From NCBI GenBank assembly GCA_964486045.1, contig CAZALK010000004.1:192001-256000 (forward strand): a stretch of 64,000 nt of DNA, in the 5' to 3' direction. Position numbers and translations under genes: made by a program. The stretch comes from an uncultured archaeon (GTDB lineage: Archaea; Asgardarchaeota; Lokiarchaeia; Sigyniarchaeales; SOKP01). Position 1 is the first letter of the stretch; the number at the start of each line of letters is the position of its first letter. Of the stretch, positions 21,360 through 31,529 are shown piece after piece. The notes under the pieces are model-generated. The model saw only the letters and a list, made by a program, of their open reading frames with translations. It did not search any database and had not been told where the DNA came from.

Positions 21360-21857
21360 ATGGTAATATCCAATTCAAGTCCATTAATACATTTAACTAG
21401 ATTAGGAAAAATCCAGTATTTATTTAAATTGGCGAGAAATATCAACATCCCCAAAGCTGTATTTGATGAGGTCGTGACACAAGGAAAATTGAAGAATTAC
21501 ACAGAAGCATTTATTATTGAAAGTTTTATAAAAAAAGAAAAAATTACGGTAATTAATTTAGATCCCTTTGATGAATCATTTTATCCTCCACTAGGGAGAG
21601 GCGAAATAGAGGTTCTAGAACTAGCAAAACAGAAAAATGAATTATTAATAATTGATGAAAAGAAAGCTAGAAATATGGCTCAAATCCTTCAAATTAAACA
21701 TCAAACAACTATTGCAACAATTTTTGAATTATTAATATCAAAAAATATAGATTTTTTGGATTATAAAACTAATTTGAAGATGTATGCGGAAAGTAGCTGG
21801 ATTTCAGCAGATGTTATCCAAGAATATATTGAAAAAGGTGAGAATTATGGGGGATAA
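21360..21857 (+). CDS. DUF3368-type PIN toxin
   Basis: VISNSSPLIHL, IPKAVFDE, LGRGEIE, IIDEKKAR. Confidence 0.85.
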   Translation: MVISNSSPLIHLTRLGKIQYLFKLARNINIPKAVFDEVVTQGKLKNYTEAFIIESFIKKEKITVINLDPFDESFYPPLGRGEIEVLELAKQKNELLIIDEKKARNMAQILQIKHQTTIATIFELLISKNIDFLDYKTNLKMYAESSWISADVIQEYIEKGENYGG

Positions 21858-22164
21858 AATATCTATTATTCTACCAGATGATTTAAAGAAAGAAATTGAC
21901 AAGTTAAAGGAATTACATAAGGAAGATCAATCCTCGTATATAAGAAAGCTCCTATGGAAAAGTATTGCGCAAGAAAAATTAACTTATGCTCTAAACCAAT
22001 ACCTCGATGATAAGATATCTCTGGGAAAATCTTCCGAAATGGCAGGGATTTCCATTTGGGAAATGCTCGATGAATTACATAAAAAGGATAATACATTAAA
22101 ATACAAAATTTCAGAAGCAGAATTAGAAATTGAAAAGATATTAAAAAAATATATGAAAATTTAA
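21847..22164 (+). CDS. UPF0175-family antitoxin
   Basis: ATG 21847 overlaps toxin end; YLDDKISLGKSSEMAGISIWEM. Confidence 0.82.
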   Translation: MGDKISIILPDDLKKEIDKLKELHKEDQSSYIRKLLWKSIAQEKLTYALNQYLDDKISLGKSSEMAGISIWEMLDELHKKDNTLKYKISEAELEIEKILKKYMKI

Positions 22165-22415
22165 GATTAATTTTTGAATTATCTTTTTTTCTTGATGAGT
22201 ACAGCTGCTATCGATATCATAGGAACTATTTATGTATTCTTGCTTATCATAATTTCAAAAGAATTTTCATTGAAATCAGACGATGAATTCACCTTTCCAA
22301 CCCAATTACAAGGGAAATTGAGACAAAATTTAAAAAAGCTCGAACTTTACAATGCAGAAAGAATTTTAAAAATCAACAAGATTATTTAAAATAATATTTA
22401 GGGAGATTTTAGAAA

Positions 22416-22835
22416 ATGAATAAAAATACTAAAAAAACTTCAATCGGGGAAGCATTTGCATCGCAGTATGATAAAATTTGGGAAATACTGATGGAAGCCA
22501 TTGATAATGCTTCGGATGATTTATGGAAATACTTCAAAAACACATGGCGTTATGCGTAGAACGTATTTCACGTGGTAGAGGTAATCTTTTATTTTACTCT
22601 TGACGATCCCGAAGGGATGAATTGGGGTGAACGTGCAAATATAAACTGGGAGAAAGATAATGAAATCAAATCTTTAGAAAAAATGACAAAAATAACAAAG
22701 GAATTAGTTAGAGAGTTTATTGATGAGATTAGAGATAGTTGGTACAAAAAAATAAAAGAAAAGTCCGACGAACATTTTTTGTCTAAGGATGATTTCGGTA
22801 CCTTTACATCGAATTTAGAACGATTTACTAAGTAA
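22416..22835 (+). pseudogene. DinB-like gene with in-frame TAG and apparent 3' truncation
   Basis: ATG 22416 is in frame with 22572..22835 across TAG 22557-22559 (WRYA*NVFHVVE); ends at ERFTK before the expected C-terminal His motif. Confidence 0.6.
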
Positions 22836-22869
22836 TGATTATTTAGTAAAAATATCTAAACTAAAAGAA

Positions 22870-24123
22870 TCAAATTGCTTCTAAAATATGTACACACATG
22901 GCTGCGGGTCCTGAACCAATGGTACCGCCACCATTTTCAGCTAATGCAAATTTTGGGTCATTAGTTTGTCTTTTTCCAGCGTCTCCACGTAATTGTGTCA
23001 CAAGCTCATAGATTTGTGCTAAACCAGAAGCACCTAGAGGGTGTCCACGTGATAATAAACCACCGCTAGGGTTTACAGCGACCTTTCCTCCAATCTCTGT
23101 TTCCCCGCTCTCAGTAAATTCCCCTCCTTTTCCTAATCCGCAAAATCCCATCTGTTCAATTTGTTCGAGTTCTCCATAAGCTGTAGCATCGTGTACTTCA
23201 GCAACGTTTATATCATTAGGGCTAAGACCTGCCATTTTATAAGCCGCTGTAGAAGTTCGCTCAGAAACATTATCTTTTTGCCAAGAACCAGATCTTAGAA
23301 TTGAAGCTCGAATTAACACAGCTTTATCGTTGGGATGCTCTTTTAAGAACTTTTCAGAACAGAGTATTGCTGCCGCCGATCCATCTCCTACTGGGGCACA
23401 CATTGCTCTAGTTAATGGAAAAGCTACTTCATAATCATCCATTACCTGATCCACTGTCATGGGAAAAGTATATTGAGCAAGTGGATTCATTGTAGAATTG
23501 TTATGGTTCTTTGCTGCGATTGCGGCAAGTTGTCGTTGAGTAGACCCGTATTCTTTCATATGGGCTCGGGCTCCTGCTGCATAGAAATCCATGAAGACAG
23601 AATGACCTCCCTTTCCTTTCTTTTTTCCACCGTCTTTTTGACTAGCAGCTTTTTCTGCTCTAAGTTTTGCTGCTTTTTGCATTTGTTCCATCATGGCTTT
23701 AGTTCTTTCAACATCTGTATAAGTAATAAATCCTCTCATCATTTTAGCTCGATCTTCTTGATATACTTTTTCAGTGCCGATAGCTAAGGCGCAGTCAAAT
23801 ACTCCTGCTTTTATGCCCATCCATGCTCCATTAAATGCTGTACTCCCACTGGCGCAGGCATTTTCTACATTTGTAATTGGAACTTTATCAACACCATTCG
23901 GAGTAAGTGCTACTTGACCACGAATGCTATGTTGAAAATCTGTCATACCCCAACCTGTATTAGAGAACCAAGCAGCCTCAATATGGCTCAAATCAAAATT
24001 GTTATCACTTTTTATAGATTTAAGCGCTTCCGCAGTCAAATCTTTAATACCCCTATCAAGAAATTTACCAAACTTAGTCATTCCTACACTATACACATAA
24101 ATCTTATCACTCATCGGTATCAA
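22870..24123 (-). CDS. Thiolase, SCP2/SCPx-like type
   Basis: ENACASG, EVHDA, GHPLGASG; start may be 24114. Confidence 0.9.
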   Translation of the reverse strand: MIPMSDKIYVYSVGMTKFGKFLDRGIKDLTAEALKSIKSDNNFDLSHIEAAWFSNTGWGMTDFQHSIRGQVALTPNGVDKVPITNVENACASGSTAFNGAWMGIKAGVFDCALAIGTEKVYQEDRAKMMRGFITYTDVERTKAMMEQMQKAAKLRAEKAASQKDGGKKKGKGGHSVFMDFYAAGARAHMKEYGSTQRQLAAIAAKNHNNSTMNPLAQYTFPMTVDQVMDDYEVAFPLTRAMCAPVGDGSAAAILCSEKFLKEHPNDKAVLIRASILRSGSWQKDNVSERTSTAAYKMAGLSPNDINVAEVHDATAYGELEQIEQMGFCGLGKGGEFTESGETEIGGKVAVNPSGGLLSRGHPLGASGLAQIYELVTQLRGDAGKRQTNDPKFALAENGGGTIGSGPAAMCVHILEAI

Positions 24124-24288
24124 CTCTTAAAAATTAATGCTACAAAATTATAATACAATATAATTGATAATTATTTCCAATATTGTTATTGGCAGTGCAA
24201 AATAAAATATTAATATTAGTTTTCCTTCTTTTTTAGTTATATACTTTTTTAGATAATTAAATAATCTTACAAAATCAATTGGTATATT

Positions 24289-25797
24289 ATGAACGAAACT
24301 CAAACTGCTTACGAGGAAATAGAAAATATCGTAGGAACAAAATATGTCAGCGATTCAGAGCCAATACGTTATTCTTATTCAATGAATTGTGATTTCACGT
24401 TACAAGGCATCCCAGACATGGTTGTGAAGCCAAAAACTCCCGAGGAAGTTTCTGAAATCTTAAAAGTAGCAAATAAATACGGCACAACAGTTATTCCTAG
24501 AGGTAATGGTGCGGATTTAACTGGAGGTTCTAAGCCTATTGGAGATGGGGGCATCGTACTTGACGTTACGCTAATGAATAAAATATTAGATGTCGATGAG
24601 AAAAACCGTGTCGTTACTGTAGAAGTTGGAATTTCGTGGAGTGAATTGTGTGAGCAGTTAAGCAATGTGGGAATTGGATATTATACGGGATCTACTGGTC
24701 CGGCCTCTGGATTTTCAGCTACTATTGGTGGTGGTCTTTCTAACAATTCGGTTGGAGGAGGAGGTGCTGCCATGTATGGAGCTGTAACAGAGCAGTGTGT
24801 TGGATTGGAAGTCGTGTTGCCTACAGGAGAGATAATCAATACTGGAGCAAAAGCTAATTCCTTTCGAGACAAAGCTTTTACTAGATTTGGACTAGGCGCA
24901 GACTACTCTGGTTTATTTTTAGGTGATGTTGGTATTCATGGTGTAAAAACAAAAGCTTCTTTTAATATATATCCACTTCCAGAATATAGAGGATATGCGA
25001 CATATGTTGTTAGAAAAACTGGTGAGAAGACTCCAGTAGAGCGAGTGACAGAATTAATGACTAAATGGCAACATCAAAGATTACCACTACATGATTTCTT
25101 TTATCTTACCCCAAATAATGTGAAAAGTAAAATAACCCGAAAGATAGCAAAGGGTTTGTTGAATAAAAATATCGAGGGAGGAATTCTATATTATACTACT
25201 GTAGCAGATAGCCAAAGACAATTAGATTATAATATTGAAAGAATAGAAAAGCTTGCTGATGAAGCTGGACTTGAAAAATTAGGCCCTACCGTTGAAGAAG
25301 GTAACATAGGAAAGTGGTTTTATGAAGAAGATGGAAAATGGCAATGGGCTAATGGTGGTTGGGGAGGGGGATTTGTATTCAGTTTGAGTGCTTGCTTAAA
25401 AGCTCCTACAAATCTTTTACCTGAGTATCGCAAAATGTATGATGAATGGTCAAGAAAGAATTTTTCAAAAATGGCTGAAATTGGACCCGGTGGAGGTGCT
25501 GGTTTTATTGCGTTTGGTGTTTATCCATCTTACCTTGATGTTGCGGGTGGTGTAGGTCTCATAAGTACTATAGAACACAGAGAAAAACAGGAGGAAATAT
25601 GGAAGGATCTCTTAACTACTCAAATAAAAACATTGGGAGGTGTGCACTACTGGATGGGAGAAATTATTGGAAGAGCATTAGTTGATTCAGGGGCATTGAC
25701 GGAAGAATATTATAATTTCATGATTACAATAAAGAAGGCTCTTGATCCTAACAAAATTTTAAGCCCTGGTAAATTTTATCTCACCGATAATTATTAG
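24289..25797 (+). CDS. FAD-binding oxidoreductase, paralogue 4
   Basis: PRGNGADLTGG, ATIGGGLSN, VHYWMGE, DPNKILSPGK. Confidence 0.9.
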   Translation: MNETQTAYEEIENIVGTKYVSDSEPIRYSYSMNCDFTLQGIPDMVVKPKTPEEVSEILKVANKYGTTVIPRGNGADLTGGSKPIGDGGIVLDVTLMNKILDVDEKNRVVTVEVGISWSELCEQLSNVGIGYYTGSTGPASGFSATIGGGLSNNSVGGGGAAMYGAVTEQCVGLEVVLPTGEIINTGAKANSFRDKAFTRFGLGADYSGLFLGDVGIHGVKTKASFNIYPLPEYRGYATYVVRKTGEKTPVERVTELMTKWQHQRLPLHDFFYLTPNNVKSKITRKIAKGLLNKNIEGGILYYTTVADSQRQLDYNIERIEKLADEAGLEKLGPTVEEGNIGKWFYEEDGKWQWANGGWGGGFVFSLSACLKAPTNLLPEYRKMYDEWSRKNFSKMAEIGPGGGAGFIAFGVYPSYLDVAGGVGLISTIEHREKQEEIWKDLLTTQIKTLGGVHYWMGEIIGRALVDSGALTEEYYNFMITIKKALDPNKILSPGKFYLTDNY

Positions 25798-25887
25798 TTT
25801 AAACTTTATTTTAACTAGATTTTCTTCTTTTTATGTTATTGAATTTTTTAATTAATTTTATAATGTTTCAAAATCTATAAATGAATT

Positions 25888-27408
25888 ATGAACGAAACTC
25901 AATCTCAAACTCAAAACGCCTATGAAGAAATAGAAAATATCGTAGGAACCAAATATATCAGCGATTCAGAGCCAATACGTTATTCCTATTCAATGAATTG
26001 TGATTTCACGTTACAAGGCATCCCAGATATGGTTGTGAAGCCAAAGACTCCCGAGGAAGTTTCTGAAATCCTAAAAGTTGCAAACAAATACGGCGTTAAA
26101 GTTGTTCCTAGAGGTAATGGAGCAGACTTAACCGGAGGTGCTAAGCCTATTGGAGATGGTGGATTAGTCTTAGATGTTACTTTGATGAATAAAATATTAG
26201 ATGTTGATGAGAAAAACCGTGTCGTTACAGTGGAAGTAGGAATTTCGTGGAGTGAATTGTGTGAGAAGTTAAGTAATGTAGGAATAGGATTTTATACCGG
26301 ATCTACAGGTCCAGCATCTGGATTCTCTGCTACTATTGGTGGTGGTCTTTCTAACAATACAGTTGGAGGGGGTGGTGCCGCTATGTATGGAGCTGTAACA
26401 GAACAGTGTGTCGGATTGGAAGTTGTTTTGCCTACAGGAGAGATAATCAATACTGGAGCAAAAGCTAACTCGTTTCGTGACAAACCGTTTACTAGATTTG
26501 GGTTGGGAGCAGATTATTCCGGTTTATTTTTAGGGGATGTGGGAATTCATGGCGTAAAAACTAAAGCTTCACTTAATATTTATCCGATTCCAGAATATAG
26601 AGGATATGCAACTTATGTGGTCAAAAAAACGAAGGAGATGACTCCAGCAGAGCGTGCATCAGATTTAATGGTAAAATGGCAACATCAAAGATTGCCATTA
26701 CATGATTTCTTCTATTATACACCATCTACTGTGAGTAGTTTAACATCACGAAAGATTGCAAAGGGTTTAGCTGATAATAAAGTTAGGGGAGCAATTTTGT
26801 ACTATACAACTGTGGCTGATACTCAAAAACAATTAGATTATAATGTAGAGAGAATAGAAAAGCTTGCTGATGAAGCTGGACTTGAAAAATTAGGACCTAC
26901 TGTTGAAGAAGGTAACGTAGGGAAGTGGTTTTATGAAGAAGATGGAAAGTGGCAATGGGGTAATTCTATGTTTGGCGGAGGAAATTTTTTTGGAATGAGT
27001 GGTTGCTTGAAAAGTCCCACGGGACTATTACCTGAGTATGATAAGATGGTTACTAATTGGGTAAAAAGGAATTTGCCAAAAATGACGGAAATTGGAGCTG
27101 GCGGTGGTGCCGATTTTGTTGCGTTTGGAGTTTATCCTTCTTATATCGATGTAGCCGGTGGTGCTGCTGTCTTTAGCTCAATTGATAATAGAGAAGGTCA
27201 AATAGAATTATGGAAAGATTACTTAATCACTCAAATAAAAACTTTAGGAGGAATTCACTACTGGATGGGTGAAATTATTGGAAGAGCTTTAGTTGATTCG
27301 GGGGCATTGACGGAAGAATATTACAATTTCATGATTACAATAAAGAAGGCTCTTGATCCTAATAAAATACTTAGTCCGGGAAAATTCTACCTGACTGATA
27401 ATTATTAA
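25888..27408 (+). CDS. FAD-binding oxidoreductase, paralogue 5 (tandem duplicate of 4)
   Basis: Near-identical FAD domain to 24289..25797. Confidence 0.9.
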   Translation: MNETQSQTQNAYEEIENIVGTKYISDSEPIRYSYSMNCDFTLQGIPDMVVKPKTPEEVSEILKVANKYGVKVVPRGNGADLTGGAKPIGDGGLVLDVTLMNKILDVDEKNRVVTVEVGISWSELCEKLSNVGIGFYTGSTGPASGFSATIGGGLSNNTVGGGGAAMYGAVTEQCVGLEVVLPTGEIINTGAKANSFRDKPFTRFGLGADYSGLFLGDVGIHGVKTKASLNIYPIPEYRGYATYVVKKTKEMTPAERASDLMVKWQHQRLPLHDFFYYTPSTVSSLTSRKIAKGLADNKVRGAILYYTTVADTQKQLDYNVERIEKLADEAGLEKLGPTVEEGNVGKWFYEEDGKWQWGNSMFGGGNFFGMSGCLKSPTGLLPEYDKMVTNWVKRNLPKMTEIGAGGGADFVAFGVYPSYIDVAGGAAVFSSIDNREGQIELWKDYLITQIKTLGGIHYWMGEIIGRALVDSGALTEEYYNFMITIKKALDPNKILSPGKFYLTDNY

Positions 27409-27411
27409 AAG

Positions 27412-28650
27412 GTGATAATTATGACTGAGATAAAAGAATCATTAAAAAATTTGAGCAAATTTGAAGAAGCAGCTTTAGCATGTGCTCAATGCGGACAGTG
27501 TAGGGTTGCTAATTGGCCATCGAAGGGAATATTTTACAGTTGTCCTGTTTATAAGACTGAGGGTATACCAAAATTTGATCCATTTATTCCTCGTGGTAAG
27601 AATCTTATCATGAAAGGTCTTCTTTGGGGTCATTTAAAACTAAGCCAAGAAATCAGTGATGTAATTTTTCAATGTACACTCTGTGGTCTATGTGAAGAAT
27701 TTTGTTTTAACTCTCAAAGCGAAAGTTTTGACTTTCCTTTACATAATATCATGGACCATGTCAATACATTTGAAGCTCTAAGAGCTGATTTAGTAGCTGC
27801 TGGATTTCCAATAGAATCTCAAGTTCCTATGAATAAAGCAATGGTTGAATTATTAAATCCCTACGAGCGTGATAATAAAGAAAAACACACTTGGACCGAA
27901 GAATTGGATTTCAAAATTAAAAATGCTTATACTGAAGACGCTGAAATTCTTTATTTTGTTGGATGTACCTCTGCATTAACTCCTCAAATCAAACATGTTG
28001 TTATAGCTTCTGCAAAAATATTCAATAAACTAGGCATTGATTTTTCTGTATTCGGAGAACGCGAAGTCTGTTGTGGGAGTGTAGGTATGAGAACGGGAGA
28101 CAGAAAATCTTTTGGAAAAGTTTCAGAACAGAACGCTAATTTATTTAAAGAAAGGGGAATAAAGAGGATTGTTACAAGTTGTGCTGGGTGTTATAGAACT
28201 TTTAAAAAGGATTATGGAGAAAACTTAGAAGGTATCGAGGTTCTCCATACAGTTGAATTTCTAAATGATATCATAACTGAAAAAAATGTGCAGTTAAAGA
28301 ACTTAGGGATAAAAACAACTTATCATGATCCTTGTCATCTAGGACGACATATGGGCGTATATGATGCGCCACGAGAATTATTAAACAAGATATCAACTCT
28401 GACTGAAATGAAAACGAATCGCAATGGTGCAATGTGCTGCGGAGCAGGGGGCGGTGTGAAAAAAGGGTTTCCAGAATTATCTATGGAGATGGCTAAAAAC
28501 CGCGTAAAAGAAGCTGAAGATACAGGCGCAGAATATTTGGTTAGTACGTGTCCATTCTGCTGGAGAAATCTATCTGACGCAATAGAGGCCCTTAACTCCA
28601 ATCTAAAAATGAAAGATTTAGTAGAATTAATTCTCGACTCTATTTCTTAA
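27412..28650 (+). CDS. Fe-S oxidoreductase with two CCG domains (HdrD/GlcF/GlpC-like)
   Basis: CAQCGQC, CTLCGLC, VCCG, TSCAGC, YHDPCHLGR, CCGAGGG, TCPFC. Confidence 0.9.
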   Translation: MIIMTEIKESLKNLSKFEEAALACAQCGQCRVANWPSKGIFYSCPVYKTEGIPKFDPFIPRGKNLIMKGLLWGHLKLSQEISDVIFQCTLCGLCEEFCFNSQSESFDFPLHNIMDHVNTFEALRADLVAAGFPIESQVPMNKAMVELLNPYERDNKEKHTWTEELDFKIKNAYTEDAEILYFVGCTSALTPQIKHVVIASAKIFNKLGIDFSVFGEREVCCGSVGMRTGDRKSFGKVSEQNANLFKERGIKRIVTSCAGCYRTFKKDYGENLEGIEVLHTVEFLNDIITEKNVQLKNLGIKTTYHDPCHLGRHMGVYDAPRELLNKISTLTEMKTNRNGAMCCGAGGGVKKGFPELSMEMAKNRVKEAEDTGAEYLVSTCPFCWRNLSDAIEALNSNLKMKDLVELILDSIS

Positions 28651-28680
28651 AAAGAGCTTTAAAATTTTTTTTAAATTTAT

Positions 28681-29724
28681 TTATGCTTCTTGTTGTTCTG
28701 TCTGGCGAACGCTTGTTTTTTCTGGTATTCCCGGTTTGTCCTTATCTTCCCTAAACCATTTCACGGGTCTTCTTTCACGTGGCACCATTCCTTCTTGTTT
28801 AAATTTAGGGTATCCTATGCACAATGAACTAACACAAATCCATGGAGGTTCAATTCCTATTTCTTTCTTTAAAGTTGGGTGATAAGTAGCTCCTATTGCA
28901 AAAAAACCTGACCATGTAGCCTTAATACCTAATGAATTAGCAACCAAATTCATAGTCTGACCACATATTCCAATACTTATTTGAGGATCACCAATTGATC
29001 TTTTATCAGCAAGTAATAGTATTACCGCGGGGGCATTCAAACTTGGTGTTAATCCTCCTTCTGTTCCAACTGCACCCATCCCTCCAATAATAATTCTCGG
29101 ATCAAAACCCCCTACACCTCCTTTTACCATACTTTCAAGAGCTTTTACAGAATTATCATTCATATAGGAATTATGCAAATTTTTAATTATATTAATTGTG
29201 GTTTTGTCAATTTCCTCTATCATTTCTTTATTGGTGATAACTACAAATTTCCAGGGTTGGCAATTACCTCCACTTGGAGCAAATCTACCAGCTTCTAATA
29301 TTCTCTGAATTAAAGGTTCTGGAACTGGTTTATCTTTAAAATTTCTCACACTTCGTCTTGTAAGAACAGCTTTCTCAATTTCATTCCATTCTGCTGGATT
29401 TCCCTCAGTATTTTTGGGCTCAAGTGGCATTTCAGGGGGTAATGGATGCGGTTCGGTTTTAAAAACTCCTGCATCTACATGGTACGAATCAATTATTGAT
29501 ATTGCATTGTTCGGGCATGCTATTTTACAGTTATAGCAACTAAAACAGGCGTATTCTTCTTTTAGAATTGGAAACCCTTCATCATTTTTTTCCCAACATC
29601 GGAATGGGCAGTTTTGCATGCATAATTCACACTTATTACATTTGGCTTCATCAACTTTCATGACACCCATATGTACGTCATCCAAATTTGGGCGTAAAAT
29701 ATCTTTTACATCTTCCCATGGCAT
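28681..29724 (-). CDS. 2x[4Fe-4S] ferredoxin-nitroreductase fusion
   Basis: CNKCELCMQNCP, CFSCYNCKIACP, RRSVRNF, APSGGNCQPW. Confidence 0.88.
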   Translation of the reverse strand: MPWEDVKDILRPNLDDVHMGVMKVDEAKCNKCELCMQNCPFRCWEKNDEGFPILKEEYACFSCYNCKIACPNNAISIIDSYHVDAGVFKTEPHPLPPEMPLEPKNTEGNPAEWNEIEKAVLTRRSVRNFKDKPVPEPLIQRILEAGRFAPSGGNCQPWKFVVITNKEMIEEIDKTTINIIKNLHNSYMNDNSVKALESMVKGGVGGFDPRIIIGGMGAVGTEGGLTPSLNAPAVILLLADKRSIGDPQISIGICGQTMNLVANSLGIKATWSGFFAIGATYHPTLKKEIGIEPPWICVSSLCIGYPKFKQEGMVPRERRPVKWFREDKDKPGIPEKTSVRQTEQQEA

Positions 29725-29754
29725 AATTTTTTTATTTCTCCTTAAAAATTGCTT

Positions 29755-29811
29755 TTAGACATAAATTTTGAGTTATAAAATATTAAATTAACACTATTTT
29801 AAACTTTATAC
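29755..29811 (-). promoter_or_regulatory. Conserved upstream region with BRE/TATA-like AAAGTTTAAAA (copy 1)
   Basis: Closely matches 31037..31093 upstream of the paralogue. Confidence 0.55.
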
Positions 29812-29954
29812 AATTCTTAAATTACAAAATTATTGGTTGGTTGAGAAAAATAAAGTCATTCAAAACCGAAATGTCGCTGTACGAGACTATAATAAAAAAT
29901 GTTGTAAAAAAAATTAGAGAATAAAATAATTAATTTTTGGATAATTTTTTTACT

Positions 29955-31007
29955 TTAAGCTTCTTGTTGACCTTTTGAAGGAACCTTTACTTCTTCTTTT
30001 ACTTCAGATCCTTCCGATTCTTCCTGGAACCAAGCTACGGGTCTGTACTCACGTGGTACAATCCCTTCTTGTTTAAATTTAGGATATCCAAGGCACATTG
30101 AGCTAGCAACAGTCCAAGGTTTCTCAATACCGAGTTTTTTCTTTATTGGTTGGAAAAAATTTACACCAGCAGCCATAAATCCATTCCAGCATGCTTTAAT
30201 TCCTATAGAATTCGCAACTAAATTCATATTCTGACCACAAATACCAAGGTTTAATTGAGGGTCTCCAATGGATCTTTCGTCAGCGAGAAGTAAAATAACA
30301 ACAGGTGCATCCATACTAGGAAAAAGTTCTCCATGCTTAGCAAGTGTACCAAAGCCTCCGAGCATAACTCGAGGATCAAAAGCCGAAACACTCAAAGGAG
30401 GGCCCTCTACCATAGATGCTAAACCCTGTACTGACGTATCATTCTTATACATATTGTATAAATTCTTGAGTAGATTTTTAGTAACCTTGTCAATTTCCGA
30501 AATTATTGCTTTATCGGTAATCACTATAAATCTCCAAGGTTGACAATTCCCTGCGCTTGGCGCAAATCTTCCGGCTTCCAAAACTCTCTCGATCAATGAT
30601 TTTGGTATTGGTTTATCCTTATAGTTTCTTACACTTCGACGAGTAAAAATTGCCTTTTCAATCTCATTCCATCCTGTTGGATTTCCTTCAGCGTCTTTAG
30701 CTTCACGTGGCATCTCAGCGGGGAGTGGATGTGGTTCAGTCTTCCAAAATCCATCATCCACATGGTAACTCTCTATTATGTTTACCGCATCATTTGGGCA
30801 GGCTACTTTACAGTTATAACAACTAAAACATTCATGATTCTCTTCAAAAATAGGAAATCCTTCATCATTCTTTCCCCAACAACGGAGAGGGCAGTTATCG
30901 ATACATAATCCACACTTATTACATTTATCCTCATCTACTTTCATAACCCCCATGTGGAGACTATCCAAATTGGGGCGTAATATATCTTTCACATCTTCCC
31001 ATGGCAT
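29955..31007 (-). CDS. 2x[4Fe-4S] ferredoxin-nitroreductase fusion, tandem paralogue
   Basis: Same architecture; identical first 14 aa. Confidence 0.88.
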   Translation of the reverse strand: MPWEDVKDILRPNLDSLHMGVMKVDEDKCNKCGLCIDNCPLRCWGKNDEGFPIFEENHECFSCYNCKVACPNDAVNIIESYHVDDGFWKTEPHPLPAEMPREAKDAEGNPTGWNEIEKAIFTRRSVRNYKDKPIPKSLIERVLEAGRFAPSAGNCQPWRFIVITDKAIISEIDKVTKNLLKNLYNMYKNDTSVQGLASMVEGPPLSVSAFDPRVMLGGFGTLAKHGELFPSMDAPVVILLLADERSIGDPQLNLGICGQNMNLVANSIGIKACWNGFMAAGVNFFQPIKKKLGIEKPWTVASSMCLGYPKFKQEGIVPREYRPVAWFQEESEGSEVKEEVKVPSKGQQEA

Positions 31008-31036
31008 AATTTACTTATCCTCCTTAATAATCATTC

Positions 31037-31093
31037 TTAGACATAAATATTGAGTTATAGAATATTATATTAACAATATTTTAAACTTTATAC
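31037..31093 (-). promoter_or_regulatory. Conserved upstream region with BRE/TATA-like AAAGTTTAAAA (copy 2)
   Basis: Matches 29755..29811. Confidence 0.55.
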
Positions 31094-31097
31094 GGTT

Positions 31098-31248
31098 TTC
31101 AAAATAATTATGTTACATTTTAATTCTTAAAGGAGAATGCATTTAGAAATGATAAAAAAATTTCTTACTTGGTTTTCAAAACTATTCCATCTTCCTTCAA
31201 AATAACTATGTTACTTTCTAATTCCTCAAAGGAGAATGAATTTAGAAA
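31098..31248. repeat. Imperfect direct repeat of about 52 bp (31098..31149 / 31196..31248)
   Basis: TTCAAAATAA.TATGTTAC.TT.TAATTC...AAAGGAGAATG.ATTTAGAAA in both; second copy lies in the toxin 3' part. Confidence 0.8.
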
Positions 31249-31529
31249 CTTTTCAAATTTTGGAAGAACATTTTCATCAATTAAGGGATGGATATCAATT
31301 AGAATTAAAAAATCTTCATTTTCCGCTTTAATTCAATGAAATCTTTATCATATGTTATAAGAATGCGACTTTCTTTACTGGCTATTTCTAGAAGGGTGCT
31401 ATTTTTCACCCCTCTTTTGTTCAAATCTTGAACTGTAATAGCATCATATCCTTTAGAGATCAATAGCTTTCTTAAGTTATTAGATACGTTTTCATCTAGT
31501 AAAAATTTTGCTTCATGAGATTGAGGCAC
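31165..31529 (-). pseudogene. DUF5615 PIN-like toxin, frameshifted
   Basis: FLLDENV...RILITYDKDF to 31305; the -1 frame continues FLILIDIHPLIDENVLPKFEKFL...IVILKEDGIVLKTK to TAA at 31165. Confidence 0.75.

Noticed and set aside
22174-22389. 71-aa ORF
   Set aside because: TTG start, no motif; possibly another remnant but unsupported
615-26483. Recurrent antisense ORFs (e.g. 615..917, 1026..1310, 2360..2650, 12971..13219, 24681..24872, 26292..26483) that resemble each other
   Set aside because: Shadows of the conserved flavoprotein paralogues on the opposite strand
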